This document shows, one piece after another, positions 31,001 to 40,505 of a DNA stretch of 64,000 nt. Origin of the DNA: Trypanosoma brucei (taxonomy: Eukaryota). The notes under the pieces were generated by a model. The model saw only the letters and a list, made by a program, of their open reading frames with translations, was not told where the DNA came from and searched no databases. The stretch's first letter is position 1. Every line of letters begins with the position of its first letter. The DNA is taken from positions 960,001 to 1,024,000 of the forward strand of contig AE017150.2 in NCBI GenBank assembly GCA_000002445.1. Reading direction: 5' to 3'. Both the position numbers and the translations under genes were made by a program.

Positions 31001-34000
31001 ATGACGGTGGCGCGCCACCCATGAGCGTAACTCTAGTGTCGCCTTTGCTACTTGGTTTCAGCCACTGTGCCTCCGAGAAAAATTTTGGACATGGTTCTTG
31101 TCTCTGCTTACTACTTTGCCCTTCCTCCACACACAGCGCAGACGCCGCGTTGTGGGAATCCCCGCCACAAGCAGACACAGATGAGGACTGTGGTCCAGGG
31201 AACGGTTGCTTGTCAAATTTCACACCACAATGAACCCTCTTCTCAAGTCGTACTGATTCCTCCACGTCAACTACCAGTGAAAGCCCTTTGGGGTTATACA
31301 TAATATGTTTCGCAAGCGCTATGCGCTCAAGCAAGAATTGTTTTCTTTCCAATACAATTTGATCGTCAGTGGAACACCCAGCAACCTCCGCCTCCGCATT
31401 ATCGATCAACCGACTCACGCTTCCTACGGTACACGGTTGGTTGACAACGGAAGTGAACTTATGTTGGGCGCTCAGAAGCTGCAGAAGGTCTCTGTCCCTT
31501 TCACAGAGTGAGGAAACCACAACAGTGAAATAAGGACCACCCAACGCTTCATGGAATAGCTTTCGTGCACTTTGGTCACCTTCCCTCAGCAGCACATCAA
31601 GGTCGTTAGGGGTAGCACCACCCGTCACAAGCATCGACGACAAAATTACATCATTCACATCAATTTGTTTCAACATGACGGACAAAACTACACGACTTCC
31701 GACACAATTGTGCTTCAAATCGGCAACTTCGAGACCACGCGATAAAAGTGTGATGAAGTGATGTGCGCTCTTCAGTTTCATATGGGTGACGTTTTCAAAG
31801 GCAACCCAAGGAGCCATGACGGAGGAACTTAGAGTTCGCACCCCCCCTTCGGACTCAGAAAGCAAATCCCGTGCTGACTCCTGTCGTATTAGGACAACGG
31901 ACATAAACAACTCGCACTCATCATTGATGTCACGAAACACATGATTCATCACCTCAAAAACCGCACACCAGCCAGACAGTGGTACTGACTCACTTCCAGC
32001 AACAAACATGGCAACGTTCATGCCGCGGAGAAACTTTCCTTGAAGTTCCGCGAGTGTGACAGAGCACATATCATTGTCATCGGTGCATTCCAGGTATTCG
32101 TCCACGCTAAAGAAGTGTGGCAAGCCCTGTGGAGGACAGACTTCTAGCGTACTCTCTCCGCGGAGGTTTACTGCCGTCTGCACATCATTCTGTCCCGTTC
32201 CCGTTTTGTGGTTGAGTACAATCAAACGCACTCGGTTTGAAGGAACACTCTGTCGTTCCCTTGAAACCCTGATAATTGGTGACGACCCCCCCTCAACGAG
32301 ACACATCCCATCTTCAGCCACTTTAACCGTATGAGACCCAGACACTCCACCAGTACTAAGCTCGCTGCACGGATGCCATCTCTTTCGGGAAACAACTGCA
32401 GCCGGCGGGCGCACAAAGCTTTGAGATGCGGTAATGGACTCTGCACCCGCCACTAAACTGATCGATGACCCATTCATTCTCCCGGGGCCCTGAACTGCCT
32501 TTTCCCTGGAACGCTTCTGAATGGAAAGTTGCTCGCTTCCACCCATACATACCCCCTGTCCTACACCTTGATTCTTATCTAGACTACAACTGGCTGACCT
32601 GCATGTCGAACCTGGACGACTGTCGCCGCAACGAGCGATGCATGGGTTAATCGAACGAAGCTCCGTTCCGCATCGCAGATGCACACCCACAGAGCAGGAG
32701 ATATGAGACTGCAGATATTGCTCACACTCCCTTTCCATGCCCACAGACACCCCCTCGGCAGACAAAATAGCCCCCTCACCCTCTTCCGCAGTACAAATCG
32801 ACTGACGGGACGGCAAAGGTGAGCTTATAATCAAATTCGAGTCGCCTTTGAGGCCACTAAAGTACGGATACTCCATCCCCCCAATTAAACTATCCACCAA
32901 AGAGTTACATGATGGAGTTCCAACCCTGCCACGTGCGCGGTCAGTAAGAATGGCAGATATGGGAAGAGCTTTCGACGGCAAACTGAGTCCGGTACCTTCT
33001 TTGACGTCCCCTAACGGCCCTTCGGCGCCCACAAAGTCAGAGGCTGCAGAAGGACATGAAAACGTTTTTGGTAGTACGTCGCCGACCATGGTGAGCTCAA
33101 CGTTACCGGAAGCTTTTCCTTCCTCGGTACGCAGAGGCTGCGCGTTCACGACTCCGGTGGGAGCACCTATGATGTCCTCGCTGCACCTCTGATATACCGC
33201 TCCACTCGTCCCATTTGTCAGGGCACCAGTTCCTCGATCATCATGTCGAGGAAACAGCATCAGTTCATTGTTGGATCCACTGTCCCCACGGCGCATAACT
33301 CCCATGCATATCTCACTAGCTTTTTGCGTGTGCCCCTCACTGCAACTTCCACTCGAGAGAACACCGGGAATCCCGTTGTCTGTGCAAAGTAGCCCCAATA
33401 CCATATCCACATCATAAAGGGAACTCTCACTCACACCTAAGGTATCACAGCCCCTTGTAGTGCCCTGCGGAAGATTGCATTTTCCGTCAAAGGCCCGGAA
33501 AGACCACCTCAGCCACCTCTCCGATGTTCCGTTAGGAGATGTTTTGCCCTGCAGACTGTTGGCCTCTCGCAGCACACCTACGTCGTTTCGGAGGGGACTC
33601 TCACTTGCTACCGTCAAACTCGACTGCAGCCCACCAAACTGGGCGAGCCTATTCGATTGGCCATCTAGAACCCGTGGTGGAGAGGTCGTCACGGTCGATT
33701 GCAGGGGCCAGGGACCCAGCCGCATTCCGTGAATGAAGGCATCAAGCCCATAATCGTGGCTATTCAGGTCGGCATGTTCACTCTGGAAAGCGTACGAGCA
33801 GACATAGTCGAGATCATAATACGGATAGTTTTCCCCCTCCAATGTCGCCGCTAGGTCGCTGGGCCTCGTATCAACTGTCAGGGCAACGTTGTCAATGGTT
33901 GAGCGCCCCTGAGCAACGGACACGGGCCCGTCTCCATCTTTGGCATCAAGATATATGGAAGACCTCCTCCTCCCTAAGTCTCCGTCATCAAGGCCATCCG

Positions 34001-34193
34001 ATCCAGTAGCCCACTCTGCAGTATTACAAACAATACTTCCACGGTCATTGTTTCCCGTTACATGAACACCAGTAGGGGAATTCCAGCCGTCGCTGAAGGT
34101 GTCTACTACCTCTTGGTGTTGCATTACCGCCTCGGACGCAAGAATATGGGACTCCACATTAGAAAAGCTTATCGAACCCTCAACATCGGACAT
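28011..34193 (-). CDS. Pseudo-kinesin family protein, paralog 4 (about 2060 aa from MSDVEG, left-arm copy). It has a Cys/Ser-rich N-terminal region of about 640 aa and three degenerate kinesin-motor-like domains separated by long Ser/Pro/Cys-rich linkers.
   Basis: The ORF-track start is GTG. The first ATG at complement 34191-34193 lies just downstream of the polypyrimidine tract ttcactttcccccctcccccatcttc plus AG. LGG blocks KLFHEALGGPYFTVVVSSL, ALFHYALGGPCYTVALLSI and DLFKLALGGPCFTIVALGL. Switch-II-like VLVSSLAVSLAGEN. Motor C-terminal blocks VVNQPCTVGS, VVNRPIHRGS and VRNLPSHRTS. No GKT P-loop anywhere. C-terminal coiled-coil QEEESEEEKAQLRVRIVRARRF. Confidence 0.85.
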   Translation of the reverse strand: MSDVEGSISFSNVESHILASEAVMQHQEVVDTFSDGWNSPTGVHVTGNNDRGSIVCNTAEWATGSDGLDDGDLGRRRSSIYLDAKDGDGPVSVAQGRSTIDNVALTVDTRPSDLAATLEGENYPYYDLDYVCSYAFQSEHADLNSHDYGLDAFIHGMRLGPWPLQSTVTTSPPRVLDGQSNRLAQFGGLQSSLTVASESPLRNDVGVLREANSLQGKTSPNGTSERWLRWSFRAFDGKCNLPQGTTRGCDTLGVSESSLYDVDMVLGLLCTDNGIPGVLSSGSCSEGHTQKASEICMGVMRRGDSGSNNELMLFPRHDDRGTGALTNGTSGAVYQRCSEDIIGAPTGVVNAQPLRTEEGKASGNVELTMVGDVLPKTFSCPSAASDFVGAEGPLGDVKEGTGLSLPSKALPISAILTDRARGRVGTPSCNSLVDSLIGGMEYPYFSGLKGDSNLIISSPLPSRQSICTAEEGEGAILSAEGVSVGMERECEQYLQSHISCSVGVHLRCGTELRSINPCIARCGDSRPGSTCRSASCSLDKNQGVGQGVCMGGSEQLSIQKRSREKAVQGPGRMNGSSISLVAGAESITASQSFVRPPAAVVSRKRWHPCSELSTGGVSGSHTVKVAEDGMCLVEGGSSPIIRVSRERQSVPSNRVRLIVLNHKTGTGQNDVQTAVNLRGESTLEVCPPQGLPHFFSVDEYLECTDDNDMCSVTLAELQGKFLRGMNVAMFVAGSESVPLSGWCAVFEVMNHVFRDINDECELFMSVVLIRQESARDLLSESEGGVRTLSSSVMAPWVAFENVTHMKLKSAHHFITLLSRGLEVADLKHNCVGSRVVLSVMLKQIDVNDVILSSMLVTGGATPNDLDVLLREGDQSARKLFHEALGGPYFTVVVSSLCERDRDLLQLLSAQHKFTSVVNQPCTVGSVSRLIDNAEAEVAGCSTDDQIVLERKQFLLERIALAKHIMYNPKGLSLVVDVEESVRLEKRVHCGVKFDKQPFPGPQSSSVSACGGDSHNAASALCVEEGQSSKQRQEPCPKFFSEAQWLKPSSKGDTRVTLMGGAPPSSLPQRNHYGEGKTPSCLPCVTAAGMPTPRDPRLERQVRPSSRRLSIPVEPDQASYATTCSMSDPQRGEGLPSLGPLATTCGMELAPSTQRRAHRCFPSSASSDHTTCAYSQRLFSLTPARGASHDAEVSCKIDTPGVPDAEKVRTSTTPDAFSCPGISTKVKYDPGLSLPSLKAARGPPCSMTSCFPFDPILTGPPGVVEPVEHCGISQGPALCRQREQPQLPDASVACSGGSPTLTCKQVAHASQNSVHTDIKKKQISDGGSDSSARSAEGSEDDVLHSAMSAPSKVRTLVVVDQGCGHVIGAGNDDGGPFLRTGGSHEGYEVDEVVKWGDGCGDVPSKVLGELFDVFVLGCNAAILTAESGSSTVSSTVLRGLVRNVLSEVVDASGLQNSNRRGLLSLSIVKLSGERMLDLLDDSSEPERLVIAMSPIFGPCVHNARRFPVSSCSGFDSLLASALRRAKNAGVDDGLVFVSVVLKQKLKADGDVLVSSLAVSLAGENVDLYTSVLNRVSRAPRALFHYALGGPCYTVALLSIDVATTQTENMLRVQKCIGEVVNRPIHRGSIVKFISGIRDDLVPSLREKFQGSNKCEPSDNILYRLEEMVRDAELLLENFESNDPRAYLSDKETRSPKGCVSLLETKARTGDEGRVHSLLFFEQRLLSDGTAGVQGNSVFTRAGAITRRYGVDEVVLRGPDSDSNATLCSRLLDELVRKFMSGHCTAVLAADSHNSASTPLILRKIVYLILQSTKAGVGCGPVGGDLLLSMALVKNGVTVDLLAAEESEAVHRFGVEISPLFDRHVRGVSHRVVADTEAFDRFLVGAVEHVVPTLQAEDPGLMVVSLKLTHHVEEPVHDVFVSSLMVTTVFDHVSHYSDILSNRSSELTDLFKLALGGPCFTIVALGLCDEDDDAEALLSVQTKLSQVRNLPSHRTSALRRMDELTKTIQVLGVQLQEEESEEEKAQLRVRIVRARRFLLEVESLLKNPPREMGCVRAYKSVH

Positions 34194-34693
34194 GTACGCT
34201 TGAAGATGGGGGAGGGGGGAAAGTGAACCTTGATACCTCACCCGTCACAGTTGGCTTCCTACACCAGCTCCTTCCTATATGTAGCGTGGAATACCCTTCA
34301 GCAGAGAGTGCAAGGATGCAGTGAAGTGGCGTAAAGAAGTAAGCAACACAGAAATATGAAGACAGAAACGGACGTGGCTCCATAATATTGCTACCTGAAG
34401 TTGCCGAGCATTGCTGACTATTAAAAAAAAAAAAAAACAGCGCCAGCACACTCGTATTGCCTTTATGCAGGACAATGGAGCCACGTGCGAATAGTGGGTT
34501 GTGAATGCAATGAAAAAGACATATATGTTTATAAACCAACAAAGATACATGCGCTTCTTGGTGGACGCAGACAGTCTTGTCAGCCCTGCCCACTCCCAAA
34601 CTACACTTCTATATAGTGCGAAGAAGGCATAACGCATCCAACAATAATCTGGACGTGCACAGTGAGGAGAGGAAGTTCTTACAAGGAAAAATA

Positions 34694-34694
<1 letters not shown>

Positions 34695-34729
<35 letters not shown>
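34695..34729. repeat. (TA)17 microsatellite. The mirrored copy at 39978-40004 is (AT)13, an arm length polymorphism. The adjacent poly-C is 10 in the left arm versus 9 in the right.
   Basis: Counted directly. This accounts for the 9 bp offset between the arms (coordinate sums 74708 versus 74699). Confidence 0.85.
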
Positions 34730-34734
<5 letters not shown>

Positions 34735-36748
34735 CTACGCAAACAGTAGAATCATAACCCCCCCCCCGGTATTTTCCCCGCCGGGTGCCATCCACAACAA
34801 ACTAAAACCCGTTCTCACGGTAGAACGCCCGGATTCCGTTCCAGTAGTGATAATTCGAGTACTTGGTACAACATTTCTCTATCATGCCCTGATGACAAAT
34901 CAGTACAGCTCACCTAAGGAGAATAACAATAAATTCGTAGCTACTTTCTGAAGTGTAGTTTGGTAGACCGGGCCATGTTCCGCTCACAACATTCAGTGCC
35001 CAAATTTTCCATACATATGCAATTGGTCAGATGGTATATTGTCATCCAACTTTCTTGCGCCGTCGCGGGCAGCTGGATACCCCAGCAGACGGCAGTGTCT
35101 TTGTTGGAAACAATGTTATGTATGGGAAGGTGCGTACACACACAGGGTGGGGACCTTCATGGTTTTTTCCATGGCCCACTTCAATGCTACAAGTTAACCG
35201 ACCTGCTGTAGATGCAGTGGAAACCAACATACGTAAAAACTAATATGCCATGATAAATCCTTAGAGGAACACAACTGCTCAACGGTGTCATACGACCCCC
35301 ACACCTCCAGTAAACGTTTGAAATACTGATAAGTGCGTCCATGTATGGATCCACATCCCGAGACGCCGGCTGGCCGCCTTCAACAAGACACGGATTTCCA
35401 TTCAAGTACTAACACAGTAGCCAATACCGAGAGAAAATCCTCCACATAGTGTGCAACTAGAAACATCGGTTTCTCGCACCATGTTCGCATCGCAGCCGCC
35501 CCCCTCCAATCTCACCAAGAGGAAGTAGTGCATCACTGAGTCTGCCTTGTTGTACTTTCCACGCAGTCAAATAGTTATTACTCGCAGTTTCCTAGCGTTC
35601 AAACATAATCCAAGCTCCCCAATAGAAGGGTTGACGCTCGCACCCTGACAATCAGGTCAGTATGGCTAAGACAAATATGATGGTAACATAGAGCATATCG
35701 AATATAAATCATAGTATGATACTCACATTTCTACGCTGGGCAAACAGACGTTATTGAGACCCTTTTTTCTCACCAGAGGACGGGGATGAAAAGAAGAAAG
35801 CAAAGCACTCACTATTAACGCGGAAGGATATTGTGAAGGCGCACATATAGGTCTAAGATTGAGTTGTTTCGGATGCCTTCAAAGGGATTTGTGTCCAAAC
35901 AACTTCACATACACGGGATACGTATCCCATTCACGCACCTCCCAACCCCAACTTAGCGCACCCCAATGGGTTTACCACTCGGTGCATGCAACCTTTCGCC
36001 ATCTAAAAAATAAGTACTCGTTGTAGGTCATGGATCCTTGCTAAGCGCACCTCCTGAGGATATGCAACAACCTATCCATGGGTATACCACGGAACCGACG
36101 ACGTTAAAGATACGTAAACAAGGGAGAAAGATTATCTGAAGATTTCCTAACATGGTTTGAGTCGGTGACCAACAGCGTACATTCCCTTCCGTACCCCATC
36201 CCTAATAAAAACGTACACCCTTATCCCAGCCGTCCGCGATCACATCACTATTGCTATTTCTGTTTTTTAGAACTCTAAAACACATCAAGGGCCGTACTGA
36301 CAAACCTTCCGCACCCACCACCAAAACAGTGGCGAGGCCGCCGACCGCAGCAGTGGTAACCGGAAGAGGAAGGAAACAAACAATGGTGCGGTAGTAACCT
36401 GCTCTTCGAAATTCAGCAGTAGATGACAGATACTTGCTAGCTCTCTGCAAGTCCCACGCAGGATAGGCGTACGGCACAGTGCAACGTGTTACGGCTGCGC
36501 AGCAAGGTCAAGCACACGAAGTACCGGTTCGCTTCATCGTTGCATGACGCACGATCAGAAGATTCAATGGAATAATCGACACATAATATATTGGATCACC
36601 TAATTTTCTCTATACTGCCAATCCACCGTGGAAAACTGACGCACTTACAAAGGGTTAGAGGAAGTTCCACCGAAAAAAATATAGCATACTATGACCCGTG
36701 CTAAAAATCAGGGGCGGCTGCCACACCGTTATCGAACGCCCAGGCCGA

Positions 36749-36773
36749 ACACGCACGCACGCACGCACGCACG
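36749..36773. repeat. (ACGC)5-6 microsatellite near the centre, mirrored at 37935-37959
   Basis: acacgcacgcacgcacgcacgcacg. Confidence 0.8.
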
Positions 36774-36955
36774 TGACCGGCGCGGCAGAAACTTTGAGGC
36801 GCAGTAAATAAACCGACAGCGTCAGGCACCGACGGAAAGAGCACGTAAAACACCGCAAGTAGAATTTTACGTACCGGAAGGCTGTAAGTCACGCGAGAAC
36901 CGGGAAAGCAGCAGTACGCTCGGCCCGTATTAATCAAGTGTGCAGGCGACCTCTT

Positions 36956-36970
36956 GGGTTAGGGTTAGGG
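36956..36970 (+). repeat. Interstitial telomeric hexamers GGGTTAGGGTTAGGG (2.5 copies), with the G-strand pointing toward the palindrome centre
   Basis: Exact (TTAGGG) repeats. The mirrored ccctaaccctaaccc is at 37738-37752, so both copies point at the centre. Confidence 0.8.
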
Positions 36971-37286
36971 TCGGCCGCTTCAACCACCCACCGAAAATAC
37001 AACAAAAAAGGCAGAACTAGAAACAACAGCAGACCTCCACACGTGCGATGACACCCACAATAAAGGGCGACGTGGGCGGGGAAGGCGGTGGGGCTGAAGC
37101 GCGGAAGCGGCCGCACGAGGAGCCGTTCCTCGCCCTCCGCGTTTGGACGGACGGAAAGGGCACGGTTCCGCCGACGTCGCCCACACACAGCTATCCAGAC
37201 CCCTCTCACCCTCCAACAAGCGGGCGCAGGGCATCTAGACAACCAACCTCGTAGAACGAGGTGGGGAACCACATCCCCAACCCGGC

Positions 37287-37421
37287 CCAGCTGTCTAATT
37301 ATGCTATTAAAACCCAAAGTGCGGGAAGCGAGTCTCCGTACGCGAGTCCGATGGGTGCTTCTCGCAAGTTGAAAATGTTATGGTAACACGGCACCTCTGC
37401 CTTTACGTTTGGTTCCTTGGT
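37287..37421. other. 135 bp unique central spacer of the palindrome (symmetry centre about 37354)
   Basis: The arms end at ...ccccaacccggc (37286) and resume at gccgggttgggg... (37422). The sequence between has no inverted partner. Confidence 0.9.
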
Positions 37422-37737
37422 GCCGGGTTGGGGATGTGGTTCCCCACCTCGTTCTACGAGGTTGGTTGTCTAGATGCCCTGCGCCCGCTTGTTGGAGGGT
37501 GAGAGGGGTCTGGATAGCTGTGTGTGGGCGACGTCGGCGGAACCGTGCCCTTTCCGTCCGTCCAAACGCGGAGGGCGAGGAACGGCTCCTCGTGCGGCCG
37601 CTTCCGCGCTTCAGCCCCACCGCCTTCCCCGCCCACGTCGCCCTTTATTGTGGGTGTCATCGCACGTGTGGAGGTCTGCTGTTGTTTCTAGTTCTGCCTT
37701 TTTTGTTGTATTTTCGGTGGGTGGTTGAAGCGGCCGA

Positions 37738-37752
37738 CCCTAACCCTAACCC
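37738..37752 (-). repeat. Interstitial telomeric hexamers (mirror copy)
   Basis: ccctaaccctaaccc on the plus strand. Confidence 0.8.
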
Positions 37753-39972
37753 AAGAGGTCGCCTGCACACTTGATTAATACGGGCCGAGCGTACTGCTGC
37801 TTTCCCGGTTCTCGCGTGACTTACAGCCTTCCGGTACGTAAAATTCTACTTGCGGTGTTTTACGTGCTCTTTCCGTCGGTGCCTGACGCTGTCGGTTTAT
37901 TTACTGCGCCTCAAAGTTTCTGCCGCGCCGGTCACGTGCGTGCGTGCGTGCGTGCGTGTTCGGCCTGGGCGTTCGATAACGGTGTGGCAGCCGCCCCTGA
38001 TTTTTAGCACGGGTCATAGTATGCTATATTTTTTTCGGTGGAACTTCCTCTAACCCTTTGTAAGTGCGTCAGTTTTCCACGGTGGATTGGCAGTATAGAG
38101 AAAATTAGGTGATCCAATATATTATGTGTCGATTATTCCATTGAATCTTCTGATCGTGCGTCATGCAACGATGAAGCGAACCGGTACTTCGTGTGCTTGA
38201 CCTTGCTGCGCAGCCGTAACACGTTGCACTGTGCCGTACGCCTATCCTGCGTGGGACTTGCAGAGAGCTAGCAAGTATCTGTCATCTACTGCTGAATTTC
38301 GAAGAGCAGGTTACTACCGCACCATTGTTTGTTTCCTTCCTCTTCCGGTTACCACTGCTGCGGTCGGCGGCCTCGCCACTGTTTTGGTGGTGGGTGCGGA
38401 AGGTTTGTCAGTACGGCCCTTGATGTGTTTTAGAGTTCTAAAAAACAGAAATAGCAATAGTGATGTGATCGCGGACGGCTGGGATAAGGGTGTACGTTTT
38501 TATTAGGGATGGGGTACGGAAGGGAATGTACGCTGTTGGTCACCGACTCAAACCATGTTAGGAAATCTTCAGATAATCTTTCTCCCTTGTTTACGTATCT
38601 TTAACGTCGTCGGTTCCGTGGTATACCCATGGATAGGTTGTTGCATATCCTCAGGAGGTGCGCTTAGCAAGGATCCATGACCTACAACGAGTACTTATTT
38701 TTTAGATGGCGAAAGGTTGCATGCACCGAGTGGTAAACCCATTGGGGTGCGCTAAGTTGGGGTTGGGAGGTGCGTGAATGGGATACGTATCCCGTGTATG
38801 TGAAGTTGTTTGGACACAAATCCCTTTGAAGGCATCCGAAACAACTCAATCTTAGACCTATATGTGCGCCTTCACAATATCCTTCCGCGTTAATAGTGAG
38901 TGCTTTGCTTTCTTCTTTTCATCCCCGTCCTCTGGTGAGAAAAAAGGGTCTCAATAACGTCTGTTTGCCCAGCGTAGAAATGTGAGTATCATACTATGAT
39001 TTATATTCGATATGCTCTATGTTACCATCATATTTGTCTTAGCCATACTGACCTGATTGTCAGGGTGCGAGCGTCAACCCTTCTATTGGGGAGCTTGGAT
39101 TATGTTTGAACGCTAGGAAACTGCGAGTAATAACTATTTGACTGCGTGGAAAGTACAACAAGGCAGACTCAGTGATGCACTACTTCCTCTTGGTGAGATT
39201 GGAGGGGGGCGGCTGCGATGCGAACATGGTGCGAGAAACCGATGTTTCTAGTTGCACACTATGTGGAGGATTTTCTCTCGGTATTGGCTACTGTGTTAGT
39301 ACTTGAATGGAAATCCGTGTCTTGTTGAAGGCGGCCAGCCGGCGTCTCGGGATGTGGATCCATACATGGACGCACTTATCAGTATTTCAAACGTTTACTG
39401 GAGGTGTGGGGGTCGTATGACACCGTTGAGCAGTTGTGTTCCTCTAAGGATTTATCATGGCATATTAGTTTTTACGTATGTTGGTTTCCACTGCATCTAC
39501 AGCAGGTCGGTTAACTTGTAGCATTGAAGTGGGCCATGGAAAAAACCATGAAGGTCCCCACCCTGTGTGTGTACGCACCTTCCCATACATAACATTGTTT
39601 CCAACAAAGACACTGCCGTCTGCTGGGGTATCCAGCTGCCCGCGACGGCGCAAGAAAGTTGGATGACAATATACCATCTGACCAATTGCATATGTATGGA
39701 AAATTTGGGCACTGAATGTTGTGAGCGGAACATGGCCCGGTCTACCAAACTACACTTCAGAAAGTAGCTACGAATTTATTGTTATTCTCCTTAGGTGAGC
39801 TGTACTGATTTGTCATCAGGGCATGATAGAGAAATGTTGTACCAAGTACTCGAATTATCACTACTGGAACGGAATCCGGGCGTTCTACCGTGAGAACGGG
39901 TTTTAGTTTGTTGTGGATGGCACCCGGCGGGGAAAATACCGGGGGGGGGTTATGATTCTACTGTTTGCGTAG

Positions 39973-40004
<32 letters not shown>

Positions 40005-40261
40005 CTATTTTTCCTTGTAAGAACTTCCTCTCCTCACTGTGCACGTCCAGATTATTGTTGGATGCGTTATGCCTTCTTCGCACTATATAGAAGTGTAGTT
40101 TGGGAGTGGGCAGGGCTGACAAGACTGTCTGCGTCCACCAAGAAGCGCATGTATCTTTGTTGGTTTATAAACATATATGTCTTTTTCATTGCATTCACAA
40201 CCCACTATTCGCACGTGGCTCCATTGTCCTGCATAAAGGCAATACGAGTGTGCTGGCGCTG

Positions 40262-40282
40262 TTTTTTTTTTTTTTTAATAGT
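40262..40282 (+). promoter_or_regulatory. Candidate polypyrimidine tract (T15) plus first downstream AG, a trans-splice acceptor-type signal upstream of paralog 4 (right copy). A second tract is at 40474-40499. The mirror in the left arm is A15 at 34423-34437.
   Basis: gttttttttttttttttaatAGtcagc about 225 nt upstream of the ATG at 40506. A second tract, ttcactttcccccctcccccatcttcaAG, lies immediately upstream of the ATG. Confidence 0.5.
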
Positions 40283-40505
40283 CAGCAATGCTCGGCAACT
40301 TCAGGTAGCAATATTATGGAGCCACGTCCGTTTCTGTCTTCATATTTCTGTGTTGCTTACTTCTTTACGCCACTTCACTGCATCCTTGCACTCTCTGCTG
40401 AAGGGTATTCCACGCTACATATAGGAAGGAGCTGGTGTAGGAAGCCAACTGTGACGGGTGAGGTATCAAGGTTCACTTTCCCCCCTCCCCCATCTTCAAG
40501 CGTAC

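Larger units (their letters stand above)
13752..37286. repeat. Left arm of the giant inverted repeat (about 23.5 kb)
   Basis: Reverse complement matches 37422-60952 base for base apart from rare substitutions and microsatellite length changes. Every ORF in the arm has a same-length mirror ORF whose coordinates sum to 74699-74712. Confidence 0.95.
36600..38110. promoter_or_regulatory. Core of the divergent strand-switch region at the palindrome centre. It is GT-rich on the sense strand of each diverging arm and is a putative bidirectional transcription start zone.
   Basis: Genes in the left arm are all on the minus strand and those in the right arm all on the plus strand. The plus strand of 37422-38100 is GT-rich (gttggggatgtggtt, tgtgtgtgggcg, tgctgttgtttctagttctgccttttttgttgtattttcggtgggtggttg, (GTGC)n), and the complementary GT-rich sequence lies on the minus strand of the left arm. 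No coding ORF is supported. Confidence 0.4.

Noticed and set aside
36956-36970. Possibility that the TTAGGG run marks a true telomere or contig end
   Set aside because: Only 2.5 hexamers, and it is embedded in unique sequence that continues for 23 kb on both sides. Reported as an interstitial telomeric sequence instead.
36934-37774. Mirrored small ORFs spanning the palindrome centre (for example 37088..37372 plus / 37378..37620 minus, which share 66 identical N-terminal residues, and 36934..37317 minus / 37409..37774 plus)
   Set aside because: They exist only because both strands of the centre are the same sequence. The composition is Arg/Pro/Gly-rich and GC-driven, there is no ATG start context, and they lie in the putative transcription start zone. 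Not called as genes.
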